Positions 26,392 to 39,493 of a stretch of 64,000 bases of DNA are shown piece by piece. The position numbers and the translations under genes were made by a program. How positions within the stretch are numbered: position 1 is the stretch's first letter; every line of letters begins with the position of its first letter. The notes beneath the pieces are model-generated. The model made no database searches. It was not told the DNA's origin and saw only the letters and a program-made list of their open reading frames with translations. Source of the DNA: Octopus sinensis (lineage: Eukaryota); the NCBI RefSeq assembly GCF_006345805.1, contig NC_043006.1, forward strand, positions 85,622,001 to 85,686,000, given 5' to 3'.

Positions 26392-27550
26392 GATCATCAT
26401 CATCATCATCGTTTAACGTCCGCTTTCCATGCTGGTATGGGTTGGATGGTTTGACTGAGGGTTGGCAAGCCAGAAGGTTGCACCAGGCTCCAGTCTGATC
26501 TGGAAAAGTTTCTATGGCTTGATGCCCTTCCTTATGTCAAAACCACTCCAAGAGTGTAGTGGGTGCTTTTTACGTGCCACCATCATGAAGGCTAGTCAGG
26601 CGGTACTGGCATCAACCAAGCTTGAATGGTGTTTTTTACATGCCACCAGCACGAGAGCCACACTCAACTGGTGCTTCTTATGTGCCACCGGCATGGAACT
26701 AGTCAGATGGCACTGGCATTGACCATGCTCAAATGGTGCTTTTTACGTGCCACCAGCATGAGAGCCAGTCAGGTGGCACTGGCAACGATCACACTCAAAT
26801 GGTGCTTTTTATGTGCTACCAGCACAAGACCAGTCAAGCAGCACTGACATTGACCATGAGTGAATGGTGCTTTCTACGTGCCACTGGCATTGTTGACAAT
26901 CAGGCAGTGCTGTCATTGGCCACAACAAGGACTTCATTTGACTCAACAGGTTTTCAAAAGCACAGTTTATTGACCAATGATTGAAGAGTACTCTTAAATG
27001 GGCTGGTTATGCTGCACTGGCAAAGGTCATGGTTATGGTCTAACTTGGCTTTCCAGGTCTTCTCAAGTACAGCATATCTCCAAAGGTTTCAGTCACTTGT
27101 TATCATTCTGTGAGGCCCAACATTTGAAGGTTGTGCTTCACCACCTCAACCCAGGTCTTCCTGGGTCTACCTCTTCCACAGGTTCCCTCTAATGCTAGGG
27201 TGTGACACTTTTTCACGCAGCTGCCCTCATCCATATGCAATACATGACCATACCAGTGCAGACGTCTCTCTTGCATACCATATCTGATGCTTCTTATGTC
27301 CAACTTTTCTCTCGGGGTGCTTACACTGTCGTGTATGCACACTAACATTACACATCCAGCAGAGCATACTAGCTTCATACCTTGCAAGTTTATGCATGTC
27401 TTCAGCAGTCATGGCCCATGTTTCACTGCCATGTAGTACAGCTGTTTGCACACATGCGTCATACAGTCTACCTTTTACTCTGAGCAATAGGCCCTTGTCC
27501 CCAGCAGAGGTTGGAGGTCCCTGAACTTTGCCCAGGCTATTCTTATTCTA
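26392..27550 (-). pseudogene. 5'-truncated RTE-clade LINE (family C) with RT C-terminus
   Basis: KGRLYDACVQTAVLHGSETW, RRLHWYGHVLHM, GRGRPRKTW peptides; (CAT)n tail. Confidence 0.92.
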
Positions 27551-27574
27551 AAAGCTACATACTAAAAGCTACAT

Positions 27575-27970
27575 AGGAGTGGCTGTGTGGTAAGTAGCTT
27601 GCTAACCAACCACATGGTTCCGGGTTCAGTCCCACTGCGTGGCATCTTGGGCAAGTGTCTTCTACTATAGCCTCGGGCCGACCAAAGCCTTGTGAGTGGA
27701 TTTGGTAGACGGAAACTGAAAGAAGCCCGTCGTATGTATGTATATATATATGTGTATGTGTGTGTGTGTCTGTGTTTGTCCCCCTAGCATTGCTTGACAA
27801 CCGATGCTGGTGTGTTTACATCCCCGTTACTTAGCGGTTCGGCAAAAGAGACCGATAGAATAAGTACTGGGCTTACAAAGAATAAGTCCTGGGGTTGATT
27901 TGCTTGACTAAAGGCAGTGCTCCAGCATGGCCGCAGTGAAATGACTGAAACAAGTAAAAGAGTAAAGAGT
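27575..27970 (+). mobile_element. SINE family A, full length
   Basis: A/B boxes, linker, GTAAAAGAG tail. Confidence 0.95.
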
Positions 27971-29139
27971 ATACTCAGAGCATCGACCCTAGCTACTGAC
28001 TTGCTCACCTAAGTAATGGAAGCTATTGACTACTTCTGGGTTTTTCCCCTGGCATGTGACGGAAGCTGTTTTCTGCATATTTTCAGTGTTTATTGCTCCT
28101 GAGCAATTGCCACACACAAAAACTATCTTCCCAGTTAGCCTTCCTTCGATATTGCTGCACTGACTTTTTTGAGCGACAGAATGAAAACTTCTTCACCCAT
28201 GGGAGAACCAAGTTCTGCAATACCAGTAGAAGTTTGTGGACTGACTGTAAGGGGGTCTATGTCGAAAAATTAACCTCATCTGGTTCCATTCTATGAGAGT
28301 ATTTTGGTCAGTCTATGAACTTTGCAGCCACACACACACATACATGCAGTGGGCTTCTTATAGTTTCCATCTATCAAATTCCTTCACAAGAGGTGTTGGT
28401 TGGTTTAAGGTACAGCACAGAGATGAACCCAAGACCACATATTTGGGAGCCAAACTTTTAACCACACAACCATTCCTGTACCTATGCGTTTGTATGTAAA
28501 CTGAAATCCATATACGTACACACAAGTGCATATGTGACATACATATAATCAAGTGCACGCACACACACACACACACACGCATGCACACACACACACACAC
28601 ACGCATGCACACACACACACACAAGTATATATCTAAAACATATTCACTCATATAATTTAGATAAATTTATACACACATAATCTACACAGAGGCATGTATA
28701 AGAAAAAAAATTCCTGCATAGATACTGAAATAATATATGAATATATAAACACCAAGACACACACACACACGTATATTCATAGAATTACATGCATCTCTAA
28801 TGTATATTCATATAAACACTCACACGTGCATATACGATCATATAAACTCACACACATGCAAGTGTGTTGATGTAAACACACACATATGTACGCATGTTCA
28901 TATAAACATTCACAAATGTATATTCATATAAGCACAGGCTTATATATTCAAGTAAATACACACATAGACACACACACAGATGCATGTATATTCATTTAAA
29001 CACTCATGCACAAACACTATGAATATTCATACAAACTCTCATGCATGCTTGTATGTATATTCATATAATCTCAGGCAGATACACATACACACATGCTTTT
29101 TCATACAAACATACATGTTTATTCACACACACACACATG

Positions 29140-29146
29140 CATATAT

Positions 29147-29242
<96 letters not shown>

Positions 29243-29247
29243 ATATA

Positions 29248-29282
<35 letters not shown>

Positions 29283-29358
29283 GATATTTATATATATATG
29301 GATATTTATATATATATATATATATGGATATTTATATATATATATATATGGATATTTA

Positions 29359-29452
<94 letters not shown>

Positions 29453-29566
29453 AATATGGATATTTATATATATATATATAATATATATATATATAGATAT
29501 ATATATGGATTTTATATATATATATATATATGGATATTTATATAATATATATATATGGATATTTAT

Positions 29567-29597
<31 letters not shown>

Positions 29598-29604
29598 GGA
29601 TATT

Positions 29605-29647
<43 letters not shown>

Positions 29648-29700
29648 GTATGTGCATATATACATGCATATGTATATATATATTATATATATATATTTCT
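29140..29700. repeat. Long interrupted (TA)n with recurring TGGATATTTA unit
   Basis: Direct inspection; a similar (TA)n block lies at 30225-30535. Confidence 0.95.
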
Positions 29701-31259
29701 ATATACACAAATATGCATATATATATGTGTGTGTGTGCATGCACACACACATACATTTACATGCATGCACAAGCTTGCATGTGTATGTATATATGCATGT
29801 ATCTGACTACATACCAGTATATATATATATATGCATATTCCTATAAACATGTGTTTACTCACACATGCATACACACATGTTTATACAAGCACGTAATATG
29901 CACTGAAAATGCATGCACACACATACAGGCAAAAAATTTCCCCAAAACACAAAAAAAATAAGACCCTCTGATGAAAAGCATTTGTTGTTGTTGTGATTCC
30001 TCCATTGGATAAATAAGTGAAGAAATATAATATTCACTGCCTGTTGCCTTAGATAGGTGTATCAGATGTAATATAGCATGTGATATCAAAGAGAGGCTGA
30101 TGTGTACATGTGGGTGTGTCACTATGCATGTGCTTGCATGTCTGCATGCATGTGTACACTGGTATATCTCCATGAAATATCTGTGGTGCCTTTCTATGTG
30201 TGTCTTGGTAACTGTATGTATGTGTGTATATATATATATGTTATATATATATGTTATATATATATATGTATATATATATGTATATATATATATATGTATA
30301 ATATATGTATATATATATATATGTATATATATATATGTATTATATATATATATATATAGTATATATATATATGTATATTATATATATGTATATATATATA
30401 TGTATTATATATATATATGTATATTATATATGTATATATATATGTATATTATATATATATGTATATATATATATGTATATATATATTGTATATATATATA
30501 TTGTATATATATATATATGTATATATATATATGTGCATGTGTGAATATGGATGTGTAAATGTGTATGCAATTGAATTCTGTTAAAAGTATGTGTATATAC
30601 ATATATCTAAATTTGTGTGTCTGTGTTTGCAGTTGTAAGTTTTATATGTTAAAACCTATGACAGCCTTTTTCAAGTCTAGGTGGGTGGGAGTGGGGTGGG
30701 GTTTAAAAAAAAGCACAGATTTTAATGCTTCTAGAAGGAATTGAATTATTGTTCTCTGGCTCTAAACAAAGCACCATCAGTTTCTGTGTTTTATGTTGTT
30801 TGCTGGAGCAGGTGGGCCTGCAAGTTGTAGCTATTCACTACTCGTTATCTGTAGGTGCTTGAAAATTAAGGCAAAATCTGAGACCTTAGGATGTGAGTGA
30901 CAGTCTGAATCAGCAAGTTTGTCTAAAGAACAATACAAGAATTTGATAAATTCAATTGATGCAAAAAAATTTAAAGTTTTGGATCTTTGCTTTTCATCAA
31001 GGTGAGAGTGAGAGAGAGAATGATGTTAGCTTTGTTACAAGCAACTAAATGGCAATACCACCTCCTCTGTCTTCTTCACTGATGATGGTCAAAGCCCAAA
31101 GCTTTTAGTTTCTTCTCTTCTCTGTAATTGAAAGTTAAGCATACTTTTATCAATAATAAACAACAAAAATGAAAATTGCAATAAACCAAAAGAATCTACA
31201 GCAAAAATCTTGTTCTTCTAATTTGAACACAAATTAAAAACAATAAAAATACAAAAGTA

Positions 31260-31650
31260 TCATGGCTGTGTGGTAAGAAGTTTGTTTCCCAACCAAATGA
31301 TCCTGAGTTCAGTCCCACTGTGTGGCACCTTGGGCAAGTGTCTTCTACTATAGTCTCAGGCTGACCAAAGCCTTGTGAGTGGATTTGGTAGAGAGAAACT
31401 TAAAGAAGCCCGTTGTATATTTATCTATGTATGTGTGCGTCTGTGTTTATCCTCTACCACCACTTGACACAGTGTAACACACTGTGTTGGTGTGTTTACA
31501 TCCCTGTAACCAAGTAATTCAGCAAATGAGACCAATAGAATAAGTACCAGGCTTTAAAATAAGTACTGGGGTTGATTAGTTTGACTAAAAGTTCTTCAAA
31601 ATGGTGCCCCAGCATGGCCGCAGTCTAATGACTGAAACAAGTAAAATAAA
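31260..31650 (+). mobile_element. SINE family A, diverged
   Basis: CATGGCTGTGTGGTAAG head...GAAACAAGTAAAA tail. Confidence 0.9.
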
Positions 31651-32825
31651 AAAAATAAAAGAATAACAAAGTTGTTTTAATAGCTTTACTTGTAGGAAAT
31701 GATGACAATGGTTTGGATGGGTGCCACAAAAATACAAGAACATAAATGCAATCCTAACAATACGGTTTAGCTCAATGCTTTTGGAAGCTGACATTCAAGC
31801 AACACACCAGCAACACAACTTCTATATGAGTTTCAGCCTGCTAGCAATTACCCCATTATCATTAAAAAAACGTACACACTGAATAATGTACTAGATAAAA
31901 AAAAAAAGCAAGATGGGCACGTCTGAAACACTTTTGGTTCTAAGTCTGCTGGGTAAAAGGTGACCTGGGGTTAAAATTTTTTAGATCCTTTAAAGGAATA
32001 AGCTGGCACCTTATTGAATCTGGGGGACGAGAATTTAACACACTAAACAACCAATTTGATAGTACTTATCCACAGTAACTGACATGTTATTTCTATTTGA
32101 AATCTATTATTATTCAGAGGCAAATTATCGGAATTGTATCAGACAAAATAGCTTTATCTTCTGAGTTCAATTTCTGCTGAGGTCAGCTTTAATTCATCAA
32201 TATTTGGAAGAAAAACAAAGTATGAATCATGTAACCATTATTATTATTATTGAAGTGCCAAGCTGGCAAAATTGTTTGCATTTTTTCCAGCTTTTTGCAT
32301 TCTGAATTCAATTACCACTGAGGTCAACTTTGCCTTGTGTCGATGGAATAAAGTACCAGTTAAGAAATGGGGTTGATGTAATTGACTCACTTCTCCCCCC
32401 CAAATTTCTGGCCTTGTGCCAAAATTGGAAAGAATTATTATTACTATTACTATTCAGGTTGAGGATTGGCAGAATAATTAAAGCATCAGACAAAATGTCT
32501 TGAGGTATTTCTTTCAATTTTTTATATTCTGAGGCCATGTACTGGGTTTGAAAGTATCACAAATCCCCAACCTCCAAAATTGCTAGCCTGGTGTCTAAAT
32601 TATTTATTAAGGCAATGAGCTGACAGAACTATTAGCATCCTGGACAAAATGCTTTGTGGCGTTTCTTCTAGCTTAATGTTTTGAGTTCAGATTCTGAGGC
32701 TGACTTTGTCCTTCATCCTTTTTGGTGTTAATAAAATAAGTACCAGTTGAACACTGTGGTCGGTGTAATCAACCAACCCTTTCATTCAAAATTTCAGGCC
32801 TTCTGCCTATAGTAGAAAGAATTAT

Positions 32826-33040
32826 TAATCCTTTTGATACCAACTCACCCAAAACCACATCTGGGTCTGTAGTACAAATGTCTTGATTTCAAAAGTTTTG
32901 AATTAAAATCTTCCACCAAACCTTAGTCACAATTTATGTTTCTAACACTAGCTTAACGATAATTAAGTTATTTTACTAAATTCTTTGTTATATTTAAAAT
33001 TACTTGAAAGAAGCACAGAAATATGGTAACAAATGGGTTA
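32826..33040. mobile_element. TTAA-flanked piggyBac-type MITE
   Basis: TTAATCCTTTTGATACC...GGTAACAAATGGGTTAA. Confidence 0.65.
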
Positions 33041-33789
33041 ATTCTCTTGGACAGCAGAACCAGAGTGGTAAAATGAATTTCTTGTGCCATTTAGTTACAT
33101 CTGGTATTATATAGAGTTCTGATCCAGCTATGGTTGAATTAGCTTTCATTCTTCCAGAATCAATAAGATATTTACAAATACTTGAATCAATATAAATGAT
33201 TATTTCTCCTCCCCAACAAAAAGAGACTTTGAAGTTGTATTCCTATTCTTTTACTGATTTCAGTCATTAGACTATGTAAGGGTTTTAGCCAATCCTATCA
33301 ATTTTAGTACTTATTTTAGTACAGTACTTATTTTATCAATCTCCACTTATGAATATTCAGTTACCTACTAGTGTGAAATGATGCAACTCTACACATCGTT
33401 TTACACCAGTATACACAAATATAAACAAGATTTACAAAGATATATTATATAATTCTTAAATTTAGATATGATCTGTAAAGTTATTTTATATTGAACACTT
33501 TTGTTATATTTTCTATTTTTCACTTGTTTTAGCCATTGAACTGCAGCCATGCAGGGGCACTGATTGAAGGGTTTTGTCAAGCAAATCAACAGCAGTACTT
33601 ATTTTTGTAAGTTTAGTACTTATACTAAGTCTTTATTACTGAAATGCTAAGTTACAGGGACATAAACAAAACAACACCAGTTGTCAAGTGGTTGTTGGGT
33701 AAACAACACACACACACACACACACAGATATATATGATGAGTGTCTATCAGTTTCCTTCTATCAAATCCACTCACTCAACAGCATTGTA

Positions 33790-35030
33790 GGTGACTCGAT
33801 AGATGGACCAGTTAAATTGTTCAGGGTTTGGCTTGGTCCAGACCTACAGGTGAACAAGAATAGGGAAGAAATAATGCACAGGGTGCCTTCTCACACTCAA
33901 AGATGGGATAAACTATCCTTGAAGTACTGAGCAGAGGTGGCAAATGCTTATATTGTGTCTGTCATCTATTACTGCCTGACCGTTATACTTTGTCCCACTT
34001 CATGGCAAACCAGGATGGAATGTTTACTATTTCTCTTTTTGCAGAGGGGATGTACTCGGCTAGTCAGACAATCCATTTGTTGTCAGTATCTGTTGTATGG
34101 ACTGGGTATGCTGTGACCAATGACGCATGGACATGTTTTGAAGTTATGACATCTCCAGCTTCTTAACAGTGAGCAGAAGTGATTGCTGTTTGTTAGACAT
34201 GCTTCTCCACAGCTCATCTCTTTGGTAGAGCAGTAGTCCTGGATGAAACCTAAACCAAGGTAGAGTGCCTGGCACCTTCAGTGCCATCAGGTACTCACAG
34301 ACCTCTGTCAGTTGGACACTGCAGTTGGACACTGCAGTTGGACACTGCAGTTGGACACTGCAGTTGGACACTGCAGTTGGACACTGCATGTGGCGAGCTG
34401 GCAGAATCATTAGCACACCGGGCGAAATGCTTAGCGGTATTTTGTCTGTCTTTATGTTCTGAGTTCAAATTCTGCCAAGGTTGACTTTGCCTTTCATCCT
34501 TTTGGGTTCGATAAATTAAGTACCAGTTATGCATTGGGGTCGATGTAATCTGCTTAATCCTTTTGTCTGTCCTTGTTTGTCCCCTCTATGTATAGCCCCT
34601 TGTGGACAATAAAGAAATACGACGTGCCACCATGGCATTCTGTAGAAGATTACTAATGAGCAAAAGCAATGATATTTTTGGGCCAAGGGCCATGGATAAT
34701 TTCCAGAAATTCCTGGCATGGCATCACTACTGGAGATATTGTTGGTTCTGGATAAACTTTGTAGGCATAGTAGTTCTCTCAGCTGCACATGCATGAGATG
34801 TGCACAGAGTGATGAAACCACTCTGCATGTGCTTTATCATTGCTTGGGTATTTTCGACTGGTGGAGTTATGCCAATCAGTTGCTATCATGTGTAGGATGG
34901 ATCTGGTTATTGACTGACTCCATCACAAAGATCGTCTCACCATCTTCCTTTGGTCAGGAAGGCCAGAATGTTTTCCTTGTTTGGTGACTATGATGAAAGA
35001 CGCTGTATGGTGGATGTGACAGAAAGGACT
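33790..35030 (+). pseudogene. Tx1/L1-clade ORF2 C-terminal remnant, interrupted by SINE B (34390-34620)
   Basis: W..LSL....VAN.YI.S.I.Y-type segment and C-terminal CMRCAQSDETTLHVLYHC cysteine-rich motif. Confidence 0.75.
34309..34388. repeat. 13-bp tandem repeat (CAGTTGGACACTG)x6 at the 5' edge of a SINE B insertion
   Basis: Direct inspection. Confidence 0.95.
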
Positions 35031-35044
35031 AAAGACAGTCACTT

Positions 35045-35605
35045 TCCTCCTCACCTGCTGCAAAGAAGGCCAAGGTCATCTCATCAGCAGGGAGTGTGGT
35101 GTCCTCAGTTTTTTTTGGGATTCAAAAGGCATTGTGTTTATTTACTATCATCAAAAGAACCTCACCATCAATGGAGTGTACTGTGCCAACTTTCTGAGGC
35201 AGTTAAAAAATGTTATCAAAACCAAACAACTAGGAAAGCTAATGAAAGGGGTCTTGTTTCATCAAGAAAATGCTCCAGGAGCACACAAGTCCTTGGTTTC
35301 AATGGCTCCTGTAATTGACTGTGGCTTTGAACTGGTTGATCAGCCTCTCTATTCTCCTGATTTGGTCCATCTGACTATTATCTGTTCTCCAACCTGAAAA
35401 AACACTTGGCTGGGAACCAGCATCACAATGATGATGTCATATCTGCTGTTGGTGACTTTTTGGAGCAACAAGATGAGATCTTCTTCACCAATGGGAGAAC
35501 CGAGCACTGCAACACTGGTGGAAGAAGTGTGTAGGCTGCAAGGGAATTATGTTGAAAAATAAACCTCATCTGGTCACATTCTTGGTCAGCTTATGAACAG
35601 CTGAC
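35045..35605 (+). pseudogene. Mariner transposase 3' remnant (family of 24818-28335)
   Basis: GVLFHQENA, DQPLYSPDL peptides; TIR remnant GGTCAGCTTATGAAC. Confidence 0.85.
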
Positions 35606-36965
35606 CCACAAATACTGTAGTCGCTGGCAGTAGTATTTTTCCGTTCCCTCTAGATTATCTGTTAAATGATTTACAACATCTGTTTTCCAAGATGTTCTAC
35701 TTATGAATAACACATCTTTTATATCAGATATAGCATCGATTTTTAAGATGGCAGTGCAATTAGGGGGTGATTTGGCCGTTATTTCTATCACATTGAACGA
35801 ATACGTTGAACTTTCTTCTAATAGGTTTTGTAGAGGAGAAACAACTTCTATAAAGTAAAACATAATTCACTTGAAATGTTAAATACCTGTGAGGAGTTGA
35901 TCGATTATAGAGTAAAAGCCAAAATCATGTTAGTAAAGGAATAAAATCAATTTTATTGTATATTCCAGTGACAAAAGGCTCTAATCATGAATGAAGTATC
36001 ACAGAGTGATGAATTGTGATAACAGACAATACAAAAGAACGCTGATGTAACAGAGCTGCACCACTTTGTAAACACCAAGTTCAAATTAACCAATAAAGCT
36101 TATGCAGCTAATGGTAGCTGTTAGGCTCTAGTTTAAGATTGTTTGGTGGAGAATGTCTGAAGAATGTCTCTTTTAATGTTTAAATTGACATTTTTGTCAG
36201 TAGCCTTGATCATGGCTGTGGCCATTCTTGTTAATGCATTTGTCAAAGTAGGTTTTCAACATTTAAGGTGTTCTTATATAGATATTCCTTGATGCGAATG
36301 GATGAATAGTGCTATAGCTATATGTGACAGTGCTTGTATTCAATATAACATGCCCCATAAAATTGGAAGCATTTGTTTGCGTTGTCAATTGAATGGTTAA
36401 CCAGAATATGAAAAGACATTGAAAGTGATATGACCACTACTTAAGCCAAATTCAATTACAGGTTTTACCATTTAAGAGTACCCTATGGTTAAAAGTATCT
36501 TATAGATTGTAGACCTAGACCACATATGTCCAATATTCTCATGTTCTTGCAATAGACGTGGTCACAGCTCCTTCCACAGGCCAAAGCAGTAAAACAAAAG
36601 CACGACCTTTTTTTGTACAAGACTTACCTTGAGTTAACAGAAGACCTTGTATGATAGTCAAGACAAAGAAGCATTAACGCACACACAGTTTCTATCAACC
36701 AAATCCATTCACAAGTCCTTAGGCTAAGTGAACGACACTTAACCTAGGTGCCATACTGTGGGACTGAACCCAAAACTATGTGGGTGTGAAGCAAACCTCT
36801 CAACTACAGTGTGTACACTCACATGCACACACACTGTGTGTGTACATGTGTGTGTATGTGTGCATGCTTTTATATATAATATATATATCTATATATAATA
36901 TGTATAAATAATGTGTGTGTAGATGTATATATAATGTGTCTCATGTGTATATGTATGTGTGTATA

Positions 36966-38247
36966 CGAGGGGCGTTCAATAAGTAATGCTCCTGACCCAC
37001 TTCCCATAGCAGTAGAGCAACGAAACTTGGCGCAGTAATTAGTCTTTTTCTACATAGGAACCACCCAGAGTTACACCTTTCTCCCATCGTTTGATGCAGC
37101 TCTGGAGACCGTTTTTGTAGAAGACCCCAGCTTGGTCCTCCAACCATGACGTAACTTCAGAAATCAAGGCTGCATCATCTGGGAAACGCTTTCCTTTCCA
37201 AAACAACTTCATGGCTGGGAAGAGATGAACATCAGGTCAGGAGAGTAGGGGGATGGGGGAGGAGTTCATAGCTGCACGCCTGTGCTTCTGATCTGGCGAC
37301 ACGCGAGTTGTGGACCGGAGCATTGTCCTGCAGGAGGAGGATGCCTTTGCTGATCTTGCCCCACCTCTTGATTTTGATAGCTTCTCTTAATTTCCTCAAA
37401 AGTGAAGCATAATAGGCTCCTGTAATTGTGGTACCCTTTGCCAGGAAATCTGTCATCATTACTCCGTCCTGGTCCCAGAAGATTGTGAGCATGATCTTGC
37501 CAGTGGAGGGCTGCACACTTGCCTTCTTTGGAGGAGGTGAGTCACGGTGCTTCCACTGGATTGACTGGGCTTTGGTCTCTGGATCATAGTGATGGACCCA
37601 GGTTTCATCCTGTGTAATCAGTCTTTTGAAAAAGTTTGACTCATCTTCTTGGCACATCTCCAAATTCATCCTCGAGCACTCGACGCGTTCTTGCTTCTGG
37701 AAAGGTGTGAGCAGCCTGGGAATCCATCTGGCAGACACCTTTTGCATATGCAAATAGTCATGAATGATAGTTTCCACAGACCTGGTACTAATCTTGACCT
37801 CATGGACTATTTGGCGAATAGTTATGCGTCGATCTTCCAAAATGGCAGCCTCAACTTGACGGACAGATACCTCATCAATGGCAGAAGTGGGGCGACCAGA
37901 TGTGGGAGCTGTTTCCACAGAGTTCCGACCATGTTTGAATTCACGATGCCAGCATTTTACAAGGTCATATGATGGGGCATCATCACCATAAGTTACTTTC
38001 ATTTCAACAAAAGTCTCCCGTGGTGTGCATCCTTTCAAATACAAAAACCGGATCACTGTTCGACACTCAACAGGCTCCATTTCACACTTGACTCAGTTCA
38101 AACACCTGTAAATCAGAAACCACAATTAGTTCAGAGCTGTAATTTGCCACTTAATCTATAAAGATATCAATAATTGCACATGCAAAATTTCAGCTAGATC
38201 AAAAAACTGCAAGTGGGCCAGAGGCATTACTTATTGAATGCCCCTCG
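36966..38247 (-). mobile_element. Full-length mariner (DD34D-type) transposon, 1282 bp
   Basis: TIRs CGAGGGGCGTTCAATAAGTAATGC / GCATTACTTATTGAATGCCCCTCG, TA at both ends. Confidence 0.97.
37232..38080 (-). pseudogene. Mariner transposase, 282-aa ORF frameshifted at the HPPYSPDL motif
   Basis: WIPRLL, ITQDETWVHHYD, LLQDNAPVH motifs; reading frame breaks after ELLPHPP. Confidence 0.95.
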
Positions 38248-38276
<29 letters not shown>

Positions 38277-38279
<3 letters not shown>

Positions 38280-38480
38280 ATCCAAACAAGAAAGCACAAA
38301 AAAACACAACAACGTGAGGACGTGGAACAAATATAGTATTATTGGATGCTCAGGAAAGAAGGAAAGAAGGAGGGTTTAATGTTTCGAGCAGAGCTCTTTG
38401 TCGGAAACATAGAAGGAAAGATCCAGAGAAGGGAAGACAGAGGAAAAAAAATCGCCAACAGTACACACGCGGTCACATTT
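38277..38480 (-). mobile_element. Penelope-like pLTR remnant with degenerate minimal hammerhead (~38372-38410)
   Basis: Minus strand GTTT-CCGACAA-A-GAGC TCT GCTC-GAAAC-ATTA-AAC; bounded by (TA)n. Confidence 0.55.
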
Positions 38481-38985
38481 ATATATATATATATGTCTGT
38501 GTGTGTAAGTATACTTATGCAAATTGTGCTAATTGTGGTATCTTGCTTACCAACCACATCGTTCTGGGTTTAGTCCCAGTGAGTGGCACCTTGGGCAAGT
38601 GACTTCTACTATATCCTCAGGCTGACCAAAGCCTTGAGAGTGGATTTGATAGACGAACACTGAAAGAAGTTCATTCTTATATCTACACACACATGTTAGA
38701 ACTAAATAGACACCCCATAAAACATCGTTTTTAGTTTATTCTAGCTTGTAAAGATTCATATTCTTTATTAATTGACATTATAATGTTTCGGATTCTATAT
38801 GTGATTGTTTAATCATGCGATGTACAAAAGAAGCCTTGGAACTATCTGAATTTCAAAGAGGCCATATTGTGGGTCATTCTGAAGGTGGATATTATCAGGA
38901 TAAAATCACAGAAAATCTTGGTATCCCGCTTTATGTATATTTATATATATATATATATATTTATATGTATATTTATATATATATA

Positions 38986-39026
<41 letters not shown>

Positions 39027-39049
39027 TACATATCTTTATATATACATAC

Positions 39050-39235
39050 CACGTAAAAAGCACCCACTACACTCACGGAGTGGTTGGCGTTAGGAAGGGC
39101 ATCCAGCTGTAGAAACATTGCCAGATTAGACTGGAGCCTGGTGCAGCCTTCTGGCTTCCCAGAACCCCGGTCGAACCGTCCAACCCATGCTAGCATGGAG
39201 AACGGACGTTAAACGACGATGATGATGATGATGAT
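39050..39235 (+). mobile_element. RTE-type LINE 3' end (family C)
   Basis: ...CCCATGCTAGCATGGAGAACGGACGTTAAAC(GAT)n. Confidence 0.9.
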
Positions 39236-39247
39236 ATATATATATAT

Positions 39248-39493
39248 ATAGAATGGTTGTATACTGTCAATCTAACAAGAACGTGACAGTAGGTGGTACA
39301 CCACCGCTGTATAGCCCTAGGAAGCATCGAACGCCCCCTGATAGCTTTGACACATTTTTTCCCTGTGTCCTTATATACATATACGAAGGGGAGACAAACA
39401 CCCCCGGCTGACGGAACTGCATCTAGGGACACCGTGTTTCAGGATCGTTGTCCTTCATCGGCCTAGAGTAGCAGACACCGGTCAGCTGGTGAT
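39248..39493 (-). mobile_element. Hammerhead-containing terminal repeat (Penelope pLTR-like), left copy
   Basis: Near-identical reverse complement of 44093-44338; abuts (TA)n. Confidence 0.8.
39422..39467 (-). ncRNA. Type I minimal hammerhead ribozyme motif (U4C core variant)
   Basis: Stem I TCTAGG/CCTAGA, core CCGATGA, stem II AGGA-caacga-TCCT, GAAA, near-palindromic stem III ACAC-G-GTGT, GUC cleavage triplet. Confidence 0.8.

Larger units (their letters stand above)
24818..28335 (+). mobile_element. Degraded mariner element split by three nested insertions
   Basis: Left TIR GTGGGTTGAAAAGTTCATAGGCTGAC (~24825) and matching right TIR GTCAGTCTATGAACTTTGCAGCCAC (~28308-28332); HTH peptide at 25586-25822. 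Confidence 0.8.

Noticed and set aside
28980-30744. Many 60-150-aa ORFs rich in Y/I/H/T/C/V
   Set aside because: Translations of (TA)n/(CA)n microsatellites; the same applies to similar ORFs at 18-20 kb, 44.4 kb and elsewhere.
31078-31123. Possible minus-strand terminal exon (EEKKLKALGFDHHQ*)
   Set aside because: Too short, with no linked upstream exon identified.
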